This document shows positions 10,348-21,986 of a stretch of 24,000 nucleotides of DNA, piece after piece; position 1 is the first letter of the stretch, and every line of letters begins with the position of its first letter. The stretch is from Lysobacteraceae bacterium. GTDB taxonomy: Bacteria; Pseudomonadota; Gammaproteobacteria; Nitrococcales; AK92. Below the pieces are notes generated by a model. That model did not search any database, was not told the origin of the DNA, and was given only the letters and a program-made list of their open reading frames with translations. The position numbers and the translations under genes are program-made. The DNA lies in the NCBI GenBank assembly GCA_012523465.1, contig JAAYIK010000029.1:18392-42391 (forward strand), given 5' to 3'.

Positions 10348-12510
10348 TCAGCAAGGCTGCAGCTTGGCGTAGCCCACCACCAGCCACTTGCTGCCGACTT
10401 CGCTGAAATTGACCTGAACTCGCGCCGTCGGTCCGCTGCCTTCGTAGCTTAGCACCACGCCTTCGCCGAACTGCTCGTGCCGCACCCGCTGGCCAAGCTG
10501 GAAAGCGGCAGCTTCCTTGGGGATCAGCCGGTGTGCCAGGGTCGGCCGCGTCACCCGCACCGAGGCGCGGACCTCGTCCAGCAGCTCCGGCGGCAGCTCG
10601 TGGATAAAGCGTGACGGCGTGCCATAGACGTCGACCCCGTGCAGGCGCCGGCGTTCGGCATAGGTGATCGCCAGCCGCTTTTGCGCCCGGGTGATGCCGA
10701 CGTAGCAAAGCCGTCTCTCCTCTTCCAGCCTTCCTGGCTCTTCCAGCGACTTCTGGTGAGGGAACAGCCCTTCCTCCAGCCCAACTAGGAACACCACCGG
10801 AAACTCCAGGCCCTTGGCGGAATGCAGGGTCATGAGCTGGACCGCATCTTCCCACGTCTCCGCCTGGCCTTCACCGGCCTCCAGGGCGGCGTGGGCCAGG
10901 AACGCCGCCAGCGGCTCCAGCGACTGTTCCGGATCCGGCTGATATTCCTGAGCGAAGGTATGCGCCGCGGTGATCAGCTCGTCCAGGTTCTCCAACCGTG
11001 CTTCGCCCTTCTCGCTGCGATCCTTTTGCAGGTACTGCCGCAAGCCGGAGGCCTCGATCACCCGCGCCACCTGCTCGTGCAGCGGCGGCTGCTCCTCGTT
11101 CAGTTGCGCGGACAGCCCGTCGATCAAATCGAGAAAACCTTGCAGCGCATTGGCGGCGCGGGTGGCGAGCTGGCCGCGCTGCAGCAGTCGCTGAGAAGCC
11201 TGCCAGAGACTGCAGGATTCCTCCTGGGCCAAGCGGCGCACCGCATCTAGGGTGCGCTCGCCGATGCCGCGCGGGGGATTGTTCACCGCCCGTTCGAAGG
11301 AAGGATCGTCGTAGCGCTGCTGCAGCAAGCGCAGGTAGGCCAGCGCGTCCTTAACCTCGGCGCGCTCAAAGAAGCGCAGGCCGCCATAGACGCGATAAGG
11401 AATGCCGCGCGCCATCAGCGCTTCTTCGAAGACGCGTGACTGTGCGTTGGAGCGATAAAGAATGGCGAAATCACAGCGCCGATGGTCGTTCTCCAGCCCC
11501 TGCTCGATCTGGTCTACCACCCAGCGCGCCTCGTCCTGCTCGTTGAAGGCGGCATAAAGGCTGATTGGCTCACCTTCGGCGCCGGCGGTCCAGAGGTTCT
11601 TGCCCATGCGGCCGCTGTTGTGCGCGATCAAGCGGTTGGCGGCCTCCAGAATGGTGGCGGTGGAACGGTAGTTCTGTTCCAGGCGTATGATTCGGGGGTC
11701 ATAGTCCTGGTGAAAGCGGCGGATGTTTTCCACCCTGGCGCCGCGCCAACCGTAAATCGATTGGTCGTCATCGCCGACCACGAACACGTCGCAGCCCGGC
11801 TCGGCCAGCAGCCGCAGCAACTCGTACTGCACTGTGTTGGTGTCCTGGAACTCGTCCACCAGCACGTGGCGGAAGCGGCGCTGATAATGGGCGCGCAGCT
11901 CGGGATGGTTGCGCAAGGTTTCCACTGATCGCAGCAGCAGCTCGGCAAAATCGACCTGCGCCGTCCGCTCGCAGGCCTCCTGGTAGGCCGCGTAAAGCTG
12001 GACCAGCTGCTGCTTGAAGGGACCGTCGGCGACAATGTCTTGCGGTCGCAGCCCCTCGTCCTTGCTGTTATTGATGAAGCTCGCCACCATCCGCGGCGGC
12101 CAGCGATCCTCGTCGATCTCAAGGCTGCGCAGCAGGCGACGCAGCAGGCGCAGCTGGTCATCGGCATCCAGGATTTGGAAGCTTTGCGGCAGGCCGGCCT
12201 CGCGCCAGTGGCTGCGCAGGAATCGGTGGGCAAGGCCATGGAAGGTGCCTATCCACATGCCGCTGGCGGTGATCCCCAGCAGCTGCTCGATGCGGCCGCG
12301 CATCTCCGCCGCCGCCTTGTTGGTGAAGGTGACGGCGAAGAAGGAATAAGGCGATTCCTGCTCCACCCGCATCAGCCAGGCAGCCCGATTGGTCAGCACC
12401 CGGGTCTTGCCGCTGCCCGCTCCTGCCAGGACCAGGATGGGCGATTGCGGGGCGGTGACGGCTTCGCGCTGAGCGTCGTTGAGTGTGGCGATGAGATCCG
12501 ATACGTCCAT
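10348..12510 (-). CDS. uvrD: DNA helicase II (UvrD)
   Basis: 720 aa from the ATG at 12510 (MDVSDLIATLNDAQREAV...). The Walker A motif is AGAGSGKTRV. SF1 motifs include VDEFQDTN and the YRSN-type block. The tail ...KWLVVGYAKLQPC resembles the UvrD C-terminus. The 140-aa N-terminal extension of the tracked ORF overlaps oxyR and is rejected. Confidence 0.9.
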   Translation of the reverse strand: MDVSDLIATLNDAQREAVTAPQSPILVLAGAGSGKTRVLTNRAAWLMRVEQESPYSFFAVTFTNKAAAEMRGRIEQLLGITASGMWIGTFHGLAHRFLRSHWREAGLPQSFQILDADDQLRLLRRLLRSLEIDEDRWPPRMVASFINNSKDEGLRPQDIVADGPFKQQLVQLYAAYQEACERTAQVDFAELLLRSVETLRNHPELRAHYQRRFRHVLVDEFQDTNTVQYELLRLLAEPGCDVFVVGDDDQSIYGWRGARVENIRRFHQDYDPRIIRLEQNYRSTATILEAANRLIAHNSGRMGKNLWTAGAEGEPISLYAAFNEQDEARWVVDQIEQGLENDHRRCDFAILYRSNAQSRVFEEALMARGIPYRVYGGLRFFERAEVKDALAYLRLLQQRYDDPSFERAVNNPPRGIGERTLDAVRRLAQEESCSLWQASQRLLQRGQLATRAANALQGFLDLIDGLSAQLNEEQPPLHEQVARVIEASGLRQYLQKDRSEKGEARLENLDELITAAHTFAQEYQPDPEQSLEPLAAFLAHAALEAGEGQAETWEDAVQLMTLHSAKGLEFPVVFLVGLEEGLFPHQKSLEEPGRLEEERRLCYVGITRAQKRLAITYAERRRLHGVDVYGTPSRFIHELPPELLDEVRASVRVTRPTLAHRLIPKEAAAFQLGQRVRHEQFGEGVVLSYEGSGPTARVQVNFSEVGSKWLVVGYAKLQPC

Positions 12511-12611
12511 GGCGAGGCAGTGTAGCAAAGGTGGAGGCGATTTCGCCGGCGCAGCGGCACGGTTTTGACGCGCCCGGCAAGTGCGTGCCTGGGGGCAGGA
12601 AGGCAGGGGCC

Positions 12612-13523
12612 CTATTCCTGCATGGCCTTGACCACCGGCAGCTCGCGCATCACTTCGCCAACTGCCTTCACTGCCTCCATTCGGGCCGAGCTCCGGCGCC
12701 AATAAATCGCCATCCGGCGCATCGGCTGCGGCTTTTTGAACGGCCGCAGTGCCACTGCCCCGCTGTTGGGCACGCTGGCGTTGGCCTCGGCCGCCAGCGC
12801 CGGCAGCAGAGTCATGCCGGCGCCGGATGCTACCATCTGCCGCAGCGTCTCCATGCTGGTGGCGCGAAAGGCATGCTGCTCGCGCACACCCACCATGTTG
12901 CAGATGTCCAGGGCCTGGTCGCGCAGGCAATGTCCTTCGTCCAGCAGCAGCACGTGCTGGTCACGTAGGTCGTCCAGCTCCAGCTCTTCCCGCTGGCTCA
13001 GGGGATGCTCGCTGGGCATGGCGACTATGAAGGGTTCGGAAAACAGCTCCCAATGCTCCAGCCCGTAAGCTTCCACCGGCACCGCCATCAGACCGGCGTC
13101 AATCTCGCCGCGGTGCAGCCGCTCGACCAGGCGTGCGGTCTGGTCTTCGTACAGCAGGATTTTCAGCTGCGGCAGCCGGCGCCGCAGTTCGGGCACCAGA
13201 TGCGGCAGCAGATAGGGTGCGATGGTCGGGATGAACCCGATACGCAGCTCTCCCGCCAGCGGATCTCTGGCAGCGCGGCACATCTCCACCAGGTCGTCGA
13301 CCTCGTGCAGCACCCGGCGCGCCCGGGCGACCACCCGCTCGCCTACGGCGGTCAGCATGACCTGCTTACTGTTGCGCTCGAGCAGCTGCACGCCGAGGAA
13401 TTCTTCCAGCTTTTTGATCTGGGTGCTCAACGTGGGCTGGGTGACGAAGCAGGCCTCGGCGGCCTTGCCGAAGTGCTTGTGCTCGGCCACAGCCACCAAG
13501 TACCTCAGGTCTTTCAGGTTCAT
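12612..13523 (-). CDS. oxyR: LysR-family hydrogen-peroxide-sensing regulator OxyR
   Basis: 303 aa. The N-terminal HTH reads MNLKDLRYLVAVAEHKHFGKAAEACFVTQPTLSTQIKKLEE. The redox-cysteine block GHCLRDQALDIC has the same C-x8-C spacing as E. coli C199/C208. Confidence 0.88.
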   Translation of the reverse strand: MNLKDLRYLVAVAEHKHFGKAAEACFVTQPTLSTQIKKLEEFLGVQLLERNSKQVMLTAVGERVVARARRVLHEVDDLVEMCRAARDPLAGELRIGFIPTIAPYLLPHLVPELRRRLPQLKILLYEDQTARLVERLHRGEIDAGLMAVPVEAYGLEHWELFSEPFIVAMPSEHPLSQREELELDDLRDQHVLLLDEGHCLRDQALDICNMVGVREQHAFRATSMETLRQMVASGAGMTLLPALAAEANASVPNSGAVALRPFKKPQPMRRMAIYWRRSSARMEAVKAVGEVMRELPVVKAMQE

Positions 13524-13636
13524 CTTGCTATCCTATCACCGCTCATTTGGCGCGATTGTCTTAATCTGAAGCATTTTAATCGTTTCGTTGCTGTGGCACC
13601 CTTGCGCATGCACGTATCGCGTGGAACTGGATAACA

Positions 13637-14636
13637 ATGCACTCGACTTCGCGCCGTCTTCAGCCTTTTGACGACATTTCCATCATCGTCGTGGACGATG
13701 CCAAATTCACCCTCGAGATGATCCGGCGCGTTCTCGCCAAAGCCGGCTTTCAGGACATCCGGGTCGCTCTCTCCGGCGCCGAGGCGTTGAGGATGATGCG
13801 GCAGCGCAAGGCCAACATCCTAGTCGCCGACTGGATGATGCCGGAAATGGACGGGCTGAGTCTCACCCAGCACGTCCGGCAATTCGACGAGGAAAACGAT
13901 CACTACACCTACAATCATCCTGCTGACCGCCAAGGAAGGATCGGCAGCGCTGGCGGAAGCCTTCGAACGCGGGGTTGACGACTTCATTTCCAAATCGCCC
14001 GACAGCACCCAGCTGCTGGCACGTGTAACTGCCGCTGGCCGCATCTCCCAGCTGCAGACACACCTGATCGAGGCCAACCGTCGGTTAGCGGAGCTGAACC
14101 GGCAGCTGGAGGAGCATCACTGTTTCGACGCCGTCACCGGCCTTGGCAACCGTAGCTATCTGGAACGCCAGCTCGACAACACTTTCCGCCATCTGGAAGC
14201 CCGCGGTGGCGGCGCCGTGCTGCTGCTCATTCGGCTCGGCGATCTCGACGCTATCCGCAGCAGCCACGGCGAAAAGGTGGTCGATGAAATTCGCCAAGCT
14301 AGCGCCATCCGGCTGCAGCAATCGGTGCGGCCACTGGACTGCGTGTGCCGTATCGACAACGACGAGTATGCGGTGCTGATGCGATTCCCGACCAACGCCC
14401 CCTGCCGTCCTGGTTCCCTGCGCCGCATCCATCAGGTGCTGAACCTGCGCGCCTTCAAGACCAGCGCCGGCTTCCTTAGCGCCAGTGCGGCGCTTTGCAT
14501 GTGCAATATCAATCCCGCCGGCGCTCGGATCACTCCGAGCGAGATCGTGGAGCACATCCGCAGCCATCTGGATGAGGCGAGCAAGCTGGGACGGGTGCTG
14601 GAGATCGCCTGGCCCAAACCTGTTGAATTCGATTGA
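13637..14636 (+). pseudogene. Response-regulator receiver (REC) plus degenerate GGDEF domain protein, interrupted by a 1-nt frameshift near 13911-13914
   Basis: Frame A (13637..13978) encodes REC through ...ILVADWMMPEMDGLSLTQHVRQFDEENDHYTY and then nonsense. Frame B is open from 13860 and continues IILLTAKEGSAALAEAFERGVDDFISKSP (the rest of REC, including the conserved Lys). A coiled linker follows, then the GGDEF domain (FDAVTGLGNRSYLERQL...RPLDCVCRIDNDEYAVLM) to the stop at 14636. Deleting one A in TAC-A-ATC restores a 332-aa ORF. Confidence 0.8.
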
Positions 14637-14662
14637 TACCCTTTTCGTTTCAATCACTTGAC

Positions 14663-14690
14663 AAGGCCTGCAGGAAACCCTGTAGGCCTT
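14663..14690. terminator. Hairpin between convergent REC-GGDEF and gyrB genes (possible bidirectional terminator)
   Basis: AAGGCCTGCAGG-AAAC-CCTGTAGGCCTT forms a 12-bp stem with one G-U/mismatch. It lies 8 nt past the gyrB stop and 27 nt past the GGDEF stop. There is no clear U-tract. Confidence 0.45.
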
Positions 14691-14697
14691 CGTGCGG

Positions 14698-18202
<3,505 letters not shown>

Positions 18203-18412
18203 GCGGCAGCCATGAAGCCTGGACAGCAACAATGCAAGCGAAAGATTGCCAGCTGCCGGGAAGCTGATGTACGGCGTACGCCAGAAGCCAATGAAGACTA
18301 GGCTGGCGATGGAGCATCGACCAATACCGACGGCAGGGGCTGCCCCATCACCAGCGACCAGCGCAAGCAACCGGCAAGATCGAGAGATCTAGCACGCAAG
18401 GAGCGAGCGGAA

Positions 18413-19513
18413 CTAGAGCCGCATGGGCATGACGACATACTTGCTAACCGTATTGTTGTGACCGCTGATTAGGCAGCTGCTGTTGGCATCGGTGAATGCC
18501 ATTTCGACCTGCTCTTCATCGATGGCGCTGATGGCGTCGACCAGATAACTGGCGTTGAAGCCGATCTCCAGGTGATCGCCGGAGAATTCGACAGCGATTT
18601 CCTCTTCTGCCTCTTCCTGCTCAGGGTTGTTAGAGACGATGCGCAGCTCGTGGCTGGAGATGTCGAACCGTACCCCCCGGTATTTCTCGTTAGAGAGGAT
18701 GGAGACTCGCACCAGCGCCTGCCGTAGGTTCTCGCGGTCGACGAGCATGACCTTGTCGGCGTGGGTTGGAATGACGCGCTGGTAATCAGGAAACCGGCCG
18801 TCGATCAGTTTAGAGGTGAACTTGATGTCCGGCAGCGAAATCCTGATGTGGTTGCTGCCGAGCTCGACCTGCACCTCATCCTCGGCATCGGACAGCAGTC
18901 TTAGCAGCTCTTGTACGCCCTTACGTGGCACGATGACCTGCCGCTGGCCTTCCATACCGGCAGCAATCTGGGTTTCGGATAGAGCCAGTCGATGGCCGTC
19001 GGTGGCGACGGCGCGTACCGTATTGCCATCAAGCTCCAGTAGCAGTCCGTTCAGGTAGTAACGGACATCCTGCAGCGCCATAGAGAAGTGGGTCCGCTCG
19101 ATTAGGGCCAGCAGCTGGTGTTGCGGCAGGGCGAGGGTTTGCCCATCGTCGATGACGTCAACCAGGGGAAAGTCATTGGCTGGCAGCGTGGCCAAGGTAA
19201 AGCGGCTGCGCGCGGCAACAATGTGCGCTTTGTCTTCTTCCACCGCGATCCGGATGCGCACTGCTGTCGGCAGGTTGCGCACGATGTCCATGAGCTTGCG
19301 GGCAGGCAAGGTGATGCGACCGGGCTCCTCGATGCTGGCTTCACAGCGCGCGGCAAGTTCGACTTCGAGGTCAGTGGCTGTTAAAGACAGGGTGTTGCCT
19401 TCGGCAACTACCAGCACATTGGAAAGCACAGGCAGGGTCTGGCGACGCTCGACGACGCCGATGACGGCCTGCAGTGGCTTTAGAAACTCTTCCCGGTCGA
19501 TTTCGAACTTCAT
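18413..19513 (-). CDS. dnaN: DNA polymerase III beta sliding clamp
   Basis: 366 aa. It starts MKFEIDREEFLKPLQAVIGVVERRQTLPVLSNVLV and ends ...YVVMPMRL. It occupies the canonical position between dnaA and recF. Confidence 0.97.
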   Translation of the reverse strand: MKFEIDREEFLKPLQAVIGVVERRQTLPVLSNVLVVAEGNTLSLTATDLEVELAARCEASIEEPGRITLPARKLMDIVRNLPTAVRIRIAVEEDKAHIVAARSRFTLATLPANDFPLVDVIDDGQTLALPQHQLLALIERTHFSMALQDVRYYLNGLLLELDGNTVRAVATDGHRLALSETQIAAGMEGQRQVIVPRKGVQELLRLLSDAEDEVQVELGSNHIRISLPDIKFTSKLIDGRFPDYQRVIPTHADKVMLVDRENLRQALVRVSILSNEKYRGVRFDISSHELRIVSNNPEQEEAEEEIAVEFSGDHLEIGFNASYLVDAISAIDEEQVEMAFTDANSSCLISGHNNTVSKYVVMPMRL

Positions 19514-19592
19514 GCCCAGGCTCCGTTGATATCAATAGTAATTCTTTATCTTCTTCTTGAAGATTATTGGATATATAAGCTTGGTCGAGATC

Positions 19593-19601
19593 TGTGGATA
19601 A
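19593..19601 (-). promoter_or_regulatory. DnaA box, perfect consensus
   Basis: The plus strand reads TGTGGATAA (TTATCCACA on the minus strand). A GATC abuts it at 19589-19592. Confidence 0.7.
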
Positions 19602-19691
19602 CTCTATATTTTCCTTACTTGACAATGGCTTGTCGCAATGATGAAGCTTGGATAAGCCGCCCTGTCGGCGTTGGATAGTTCTTGAACAATC

Positions 19692-19700
19692 TGTGGATAA
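19692..19700 (-). promoter_or_regulatory. DnaA box, perfect consensus
   Basis: The plus strand reads TGTGGATAA. Confidence 0.7.
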
Positions 19701-19715
19701 AATTCATACACAGGC

Positions 19716-19724
19716 TTATCCACA
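19716..19724 (+). promoter_or_regulatory. DnaA box, perfect consensus
   Basis: The plus strand reads TTATCCACA. It is in inverted orientation to the box at 19692-19700, with 15 bp between them. Confidence 0.7.
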
Positions 19725-19737
19725 GGATTACGACGGC

Positions 19738-19746
19738 TTCTCCACA
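19738..19746 (+). promoter_or_regulatory. DnaA box, one mismatch
   Basis: TTCTCCACA, directly abutting the dnaA stop codon (19747-19749). Confidence 0.5.
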
Positions 19747-21078
19747 TCATGTGGTCAGGGTTCTCAACAAGTTGGTGTAATCCTCGTTGAAGCGCGGATC
19801 GGTCTCGCGCAACTCTTCGACCTTTCGGCAAGCGTGCAGCACTGTGGTATGGTCCCGACCGCCGAAGGCATCGCCGATCTCCGGCAGGCTGTGGTTAGTC
19901 AACTCCTTGGCAAGCGCCATCGCCATCTGGCGGGGCCGGGTGATCGAGCGGTTACGGCGCTTGGAGTGGAGATCGGAGACGCGAATCTTGTAGTACTCGG
20001 CGACCATCTTCTGGATGTTCTCGATGGTCACCAGCTTGTCTTGCAGCGCCAACAGGTCACGCAGGGCCTCCTTGGTGAATTCCACCGTGATCGGCTGGCC
20101 GGTGAATTGCGAGTTGGCGATCACCCGACGCAGCGCGCCCTCCAGCTCGCGAATGTTGGAGCGGATGCGTTTGGCGATAAAGAACGCCACCTCGTGCGGT
20201 AAATCGATGCCCTGGCTGGCGGCTTTGCTGATCAGGATGGCCACTCGGGTTTCCAGCTCGGGCGGCTCGATGGCCACCGTCAGACCCCAGCCGAAGCGAG
20301 ATTTCAAACGCTCTTCCAGGCCGTGGACCTCCTTGGGATAGCGGTCGCAGGTCAGAATGATCTGCTGATGCCCTTCCAGCAGGGCGTTGAAGGTATGGAA
20401 AAACTCTTCCTGCGAACGCTCCTTGCCGGCAAAGAACTGGATATCGTCGATCAGCAGTGCGTCGACCGAGCGGTAGTACTGCTTGAACTCGTTGATGGCG
20501 TTGTGCTGCAACGCCTTGACCATGTCGGCGACGAAGCGCTCCGAATGCAGATACAGCACCCGGAAGTTGGGGTCGTTGGCCAGCAGCTGGTTGCCGACGG
20601 CGTGCATCAGGTGGGTCTTACCCAGCCCCACCCCGCCGTAGAGGAACAGCGGGTTGTAGGCGTTGCCGGGGTTGGCCACCACCTGCAGGCAGGCGGCGCG
20701 GGCCAGCTGGTTGGATTTGCCCTCGACGAAGGTGTCGAAGGTGTAGTTGGGATTGAGATTACTCTCCGAGGCTCGCGGTGCGCTGCGGGTTTCCGGTGTG
20801 GCCGGCTGCGCCCGCACGGCGGGCGGCCGGCGCTGGCTGCTGCCCACCTCAAGTACCAGCTTAGGGTGGGCGTCCGGCCGCAGCGCGGCAAGCAGCTGCT
20901 GAATGCGCTCGGCATAATGCTCACGAACCCAATCCAGCACGAAGCGGTTGGGCGCCAGCAAGCGCAAGCCGTCGGAGGACTCTTCAGCCTGTAACGGTCG
21001 GATCCACGTATTCAGCTGCTGCTCCGGTAGCTCGCGCTCGAGTTGTTGCAGACAGCTCTTCCAGAGGGACTCGCTCAA
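19747..21078 (-). CDS. dnaA: Chromosomal replication initiator protein DnaA
   Basis: The AAA+ Walker A motif is [13 protein letters not shown], and the C-terminal DNA-binding domain includes DHTTVLHA. I place the start at TTG 21078 ([30 protein letters not shown]), which matches the conserved DnaA N-terminus and has GGAAG 11 nt upstream. Alternatives are GTG 21096 and the longest-ORF ATG 21186. Confidence 0.9.
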   Translation of the reverse strand: MSESLWKSCLQQLERELPEQQLNTWIRPLQAEESSDGLRLLAPNRFVLDWVREHYAERIQQLLAALRPDAHPKLVLEVGSSQRRPPAVRAQPATPETRSAPRASESNLNPNYTFDTFVEGKSNQLARAACLQVVANPGNAYNPLFLYGGVGLGKTHLMHAVGNQLLANDPNFRVLYLHSERFVADMVKALQHNAINEFKQYYRSVDALLIDDIQFFAGKERSQEEFFHTFNALLEGHQQIILTCDRYPKEVHGLEERLKSRFGWGLTVAIEPPELETRVAILISKAASQGIDLPHEVAFFIAKRIRSNIRELEGALRRVIANSQFTGQPITVEFTKEALRDLLALQDKLVTIENIQKMVAEYYKIRVSDLHSKRRNRSITRPRQMAMALAKELTNHSLPEIGDAFGGRDHTTVLHACRKVEELRETDPRFNEDYTNLLRTLTT

Positions 21079-21179
21079 GAGACTTACTTCCGTCACGATC
21101 AAAGCCAGGGCGGGAGTAAAAGGATATAACGCCGACCAGGTCTTAGCCACCGAGCGCCGCAGAGCGGAACGCAGTAATA

Positions 21180-21209
21180 TTGACATCTGACCGGTATCGA
21201 GGGTAAATT
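21180..21209 (+). promoter_or_regulatory. Putative sigma-70 promoter for rpmH-rnpA
   Basis: TTGACA (21180-85), an 18-nt spacer, then TAAATT (21204-09). AT-rich sequence lies just upstream, and the rpmH ATG is about 45 nt downstream. Confidence 0.45.
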
Positions 21210-21254
21210 CGCCGGCTCGGTTTTCGCCGCTCTAGCAATCAACCGGACAGTGCC

Positions 21255-21389
21255 ATGAAGAGAACTTTCCAACCGAGCATCGTGCGTCGCAAGCGCACTC
21301 ACGGTTTCCGTGCCCGTATGGCGACCAAGGCGGGTCGGCAGGTTCTGGCCCGGCGCCGCGCCAAGGGTCGTGTGCGGCTCTGCCCGTGA
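21255..21389 (+). CDS. rpmH: 50S ribosomal protein L34
   Basis: Read directly from the sequence; it is too short for the ORF track. The product is [44 protein letters not shown], 44 aa, the canonical L34 sequence. Confidence 0.97.
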   Translation: MKRTFQPSIVRRKRTHGFRARMATKAGRQVLARRRAKGRVRLCP

Positions 21390-21756
21390 GTCGCCGGCCT
21401 CCGGCGCAACGCGCGATAGACGGTTCCCCCGCGCCGCTCGACTGACCGAAAGCCCCCAGTTCCTGCGGGTATTTGAGCAGGCTAGGCGGCGCGGCGACCG
21501 CTTTTTTACCGTTCTTGCAACACCCAACGATGTAGGCATGGCGCGCCTGGGCATGGCCGTGTCGCGTCGGCAGCTGCCGCGAGCTGTAGACCGCAGCCGC
21601 ATACGCAGAATCATCCGAGAGAGCTTTCGCCAGCACCGGCAAGACCTGGGGGCCTACGACATCGTCGTGCTTGCCCGCAGCGAGGCTGCCCGGGTCGACA
21701 ACGCGCAGCTCTTTGCGGCCCTGGAACGACACTGGCACCGTCTGGCTCGGACATGA
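21370..21756 (+). CDS. rnpA: Ribonuclease P protein component
   Basis: The sequence ...[32 protein letters not shown]...[29 protein letters not shown]...YDIVVLAR includes the RNR-type motif. The position after rpmH is canonical. The start is uncertain. GTG 21370 is the candidate closest to the conserved core, and there is no ATG/GTG/TTG between the rpmH stop and that core. The tracked ORF starts at GTG 21310. Confidence 0.8.
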   Translation: MCGSARESPASGATRDRRFPRAARLTESPQFLRVFEQARRRGDRFFTVLATPNDVGMARLGMAVSRRQLPRAVDRSRIRRIIRESFRQHRQDLGAYDIVVLARSEAARVDNAQLFAALERHWHRLART

Positions 21757-21986
21757 ACCGGATACTGATCGGCTTGATTCGCTGCTACCAGTGGACGATC
21801 AGTCCGCTTCTCGGTCCCTGTTGTCGTTTCTACCCCAGCTGCTCGCAATACGCGATCGAAGCCGTACGGCTTCACGGCAGCCTGCGCGGAAGCTATCTTG
21901 CCCTGCGGCGCCTGCTGCGCTGCCACCCTTGGCATCCCGGCGGCGTCGATCCAGTACCTGAACCCCGATCCGCGGACGAACCATAA
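21753..21986 (+). CDS. yidD: Membrane protein insertion efficiency factor YidD
   Basis: 77 aa. The signature reads [31 protein letters not shown]...[13 protein letters not shown]. An ATGA overlap links it to the rnpA stop. Confidence 0.93.
   Translation: MNRILIGLIRCYQWTISPLLGPCCRFYPSCSQYAIEAVRLHGSLRGSYLALRRLLRCHPWHPGGVDPVPEPRSADEP

Larger units (their letters stand above)
19514..19746. other. Candidate chromosomal replication origin (oriC): DnaA-box cluster plus AT-rich tract in the dnaA-dnaN spacer
   Basis: There are three perfect TTATCCACA boxes, one 1-mismatch box, and three extra TTGGATA cores (19567-73, 19648-54, 19671-77). A conspicuously AT-rich stretch at about 19527-19620 stands out in an otherwise GC-rich window. 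Confidence 0.6.

Noticed and set aside
12511-12611. A gammaproteobacterial LexA/SOS box (CTGT-N8-ACAG) was sought upstream of uvrD.
   Set aside because: Neither CTGT nor ACAG occurs in this spacer on either strand. I make no claim about SOS regulation, and the promoter may lie further upstream within oxyR.
12511-12930. A 140-aa N-terminal extension of the uvrD ORF, running into oxyR.
   Set aside because: The extension is Ala/Gly/Arg-rich with no helicase similarity and overlaps the 3' end of oxyR. Starting at ATG 12510 gives a 720-aa product that begins just upstream of the Walker A motif, as in UvrD.
13524-13636. An OxyR operator was sought in the oxyR / REC-GGDEF divergent region. It contains ATAG-G-ATAG next to the oxyR start, read on the minus strand, and a TTAATC direct repeat at 13561-66 and 13576-81.
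   Set aside because: Only fragments of the ATAG-N7-CTAT tetrad pattern are present. They are too short and AT-biased to distinguish from chance by eye.
13900-13920. The frameshift in the REC-GGDEF gene might be a programmed ribosomal frameshift.
   Set aside because: There is no slippery heptamer, homopolymer run or obvious downstream stimulatory structure at the junction (CAC TAC ACC TAC A ATC ATC). A mutation or sequencing error is the simpler explanation.
21143-21151. A possible DnaA box (TTAGCCACC) in the rpmH-dnaA spacer, which would mark a Pseudomonas-type oriC.
   Set aside because: It has two mismatches and is a single copy with no adjacent AT-rich tract. At most it is a dnaA autoregulatory site. 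The box cluster in the dnaA-dnaN spacer is far stronger.
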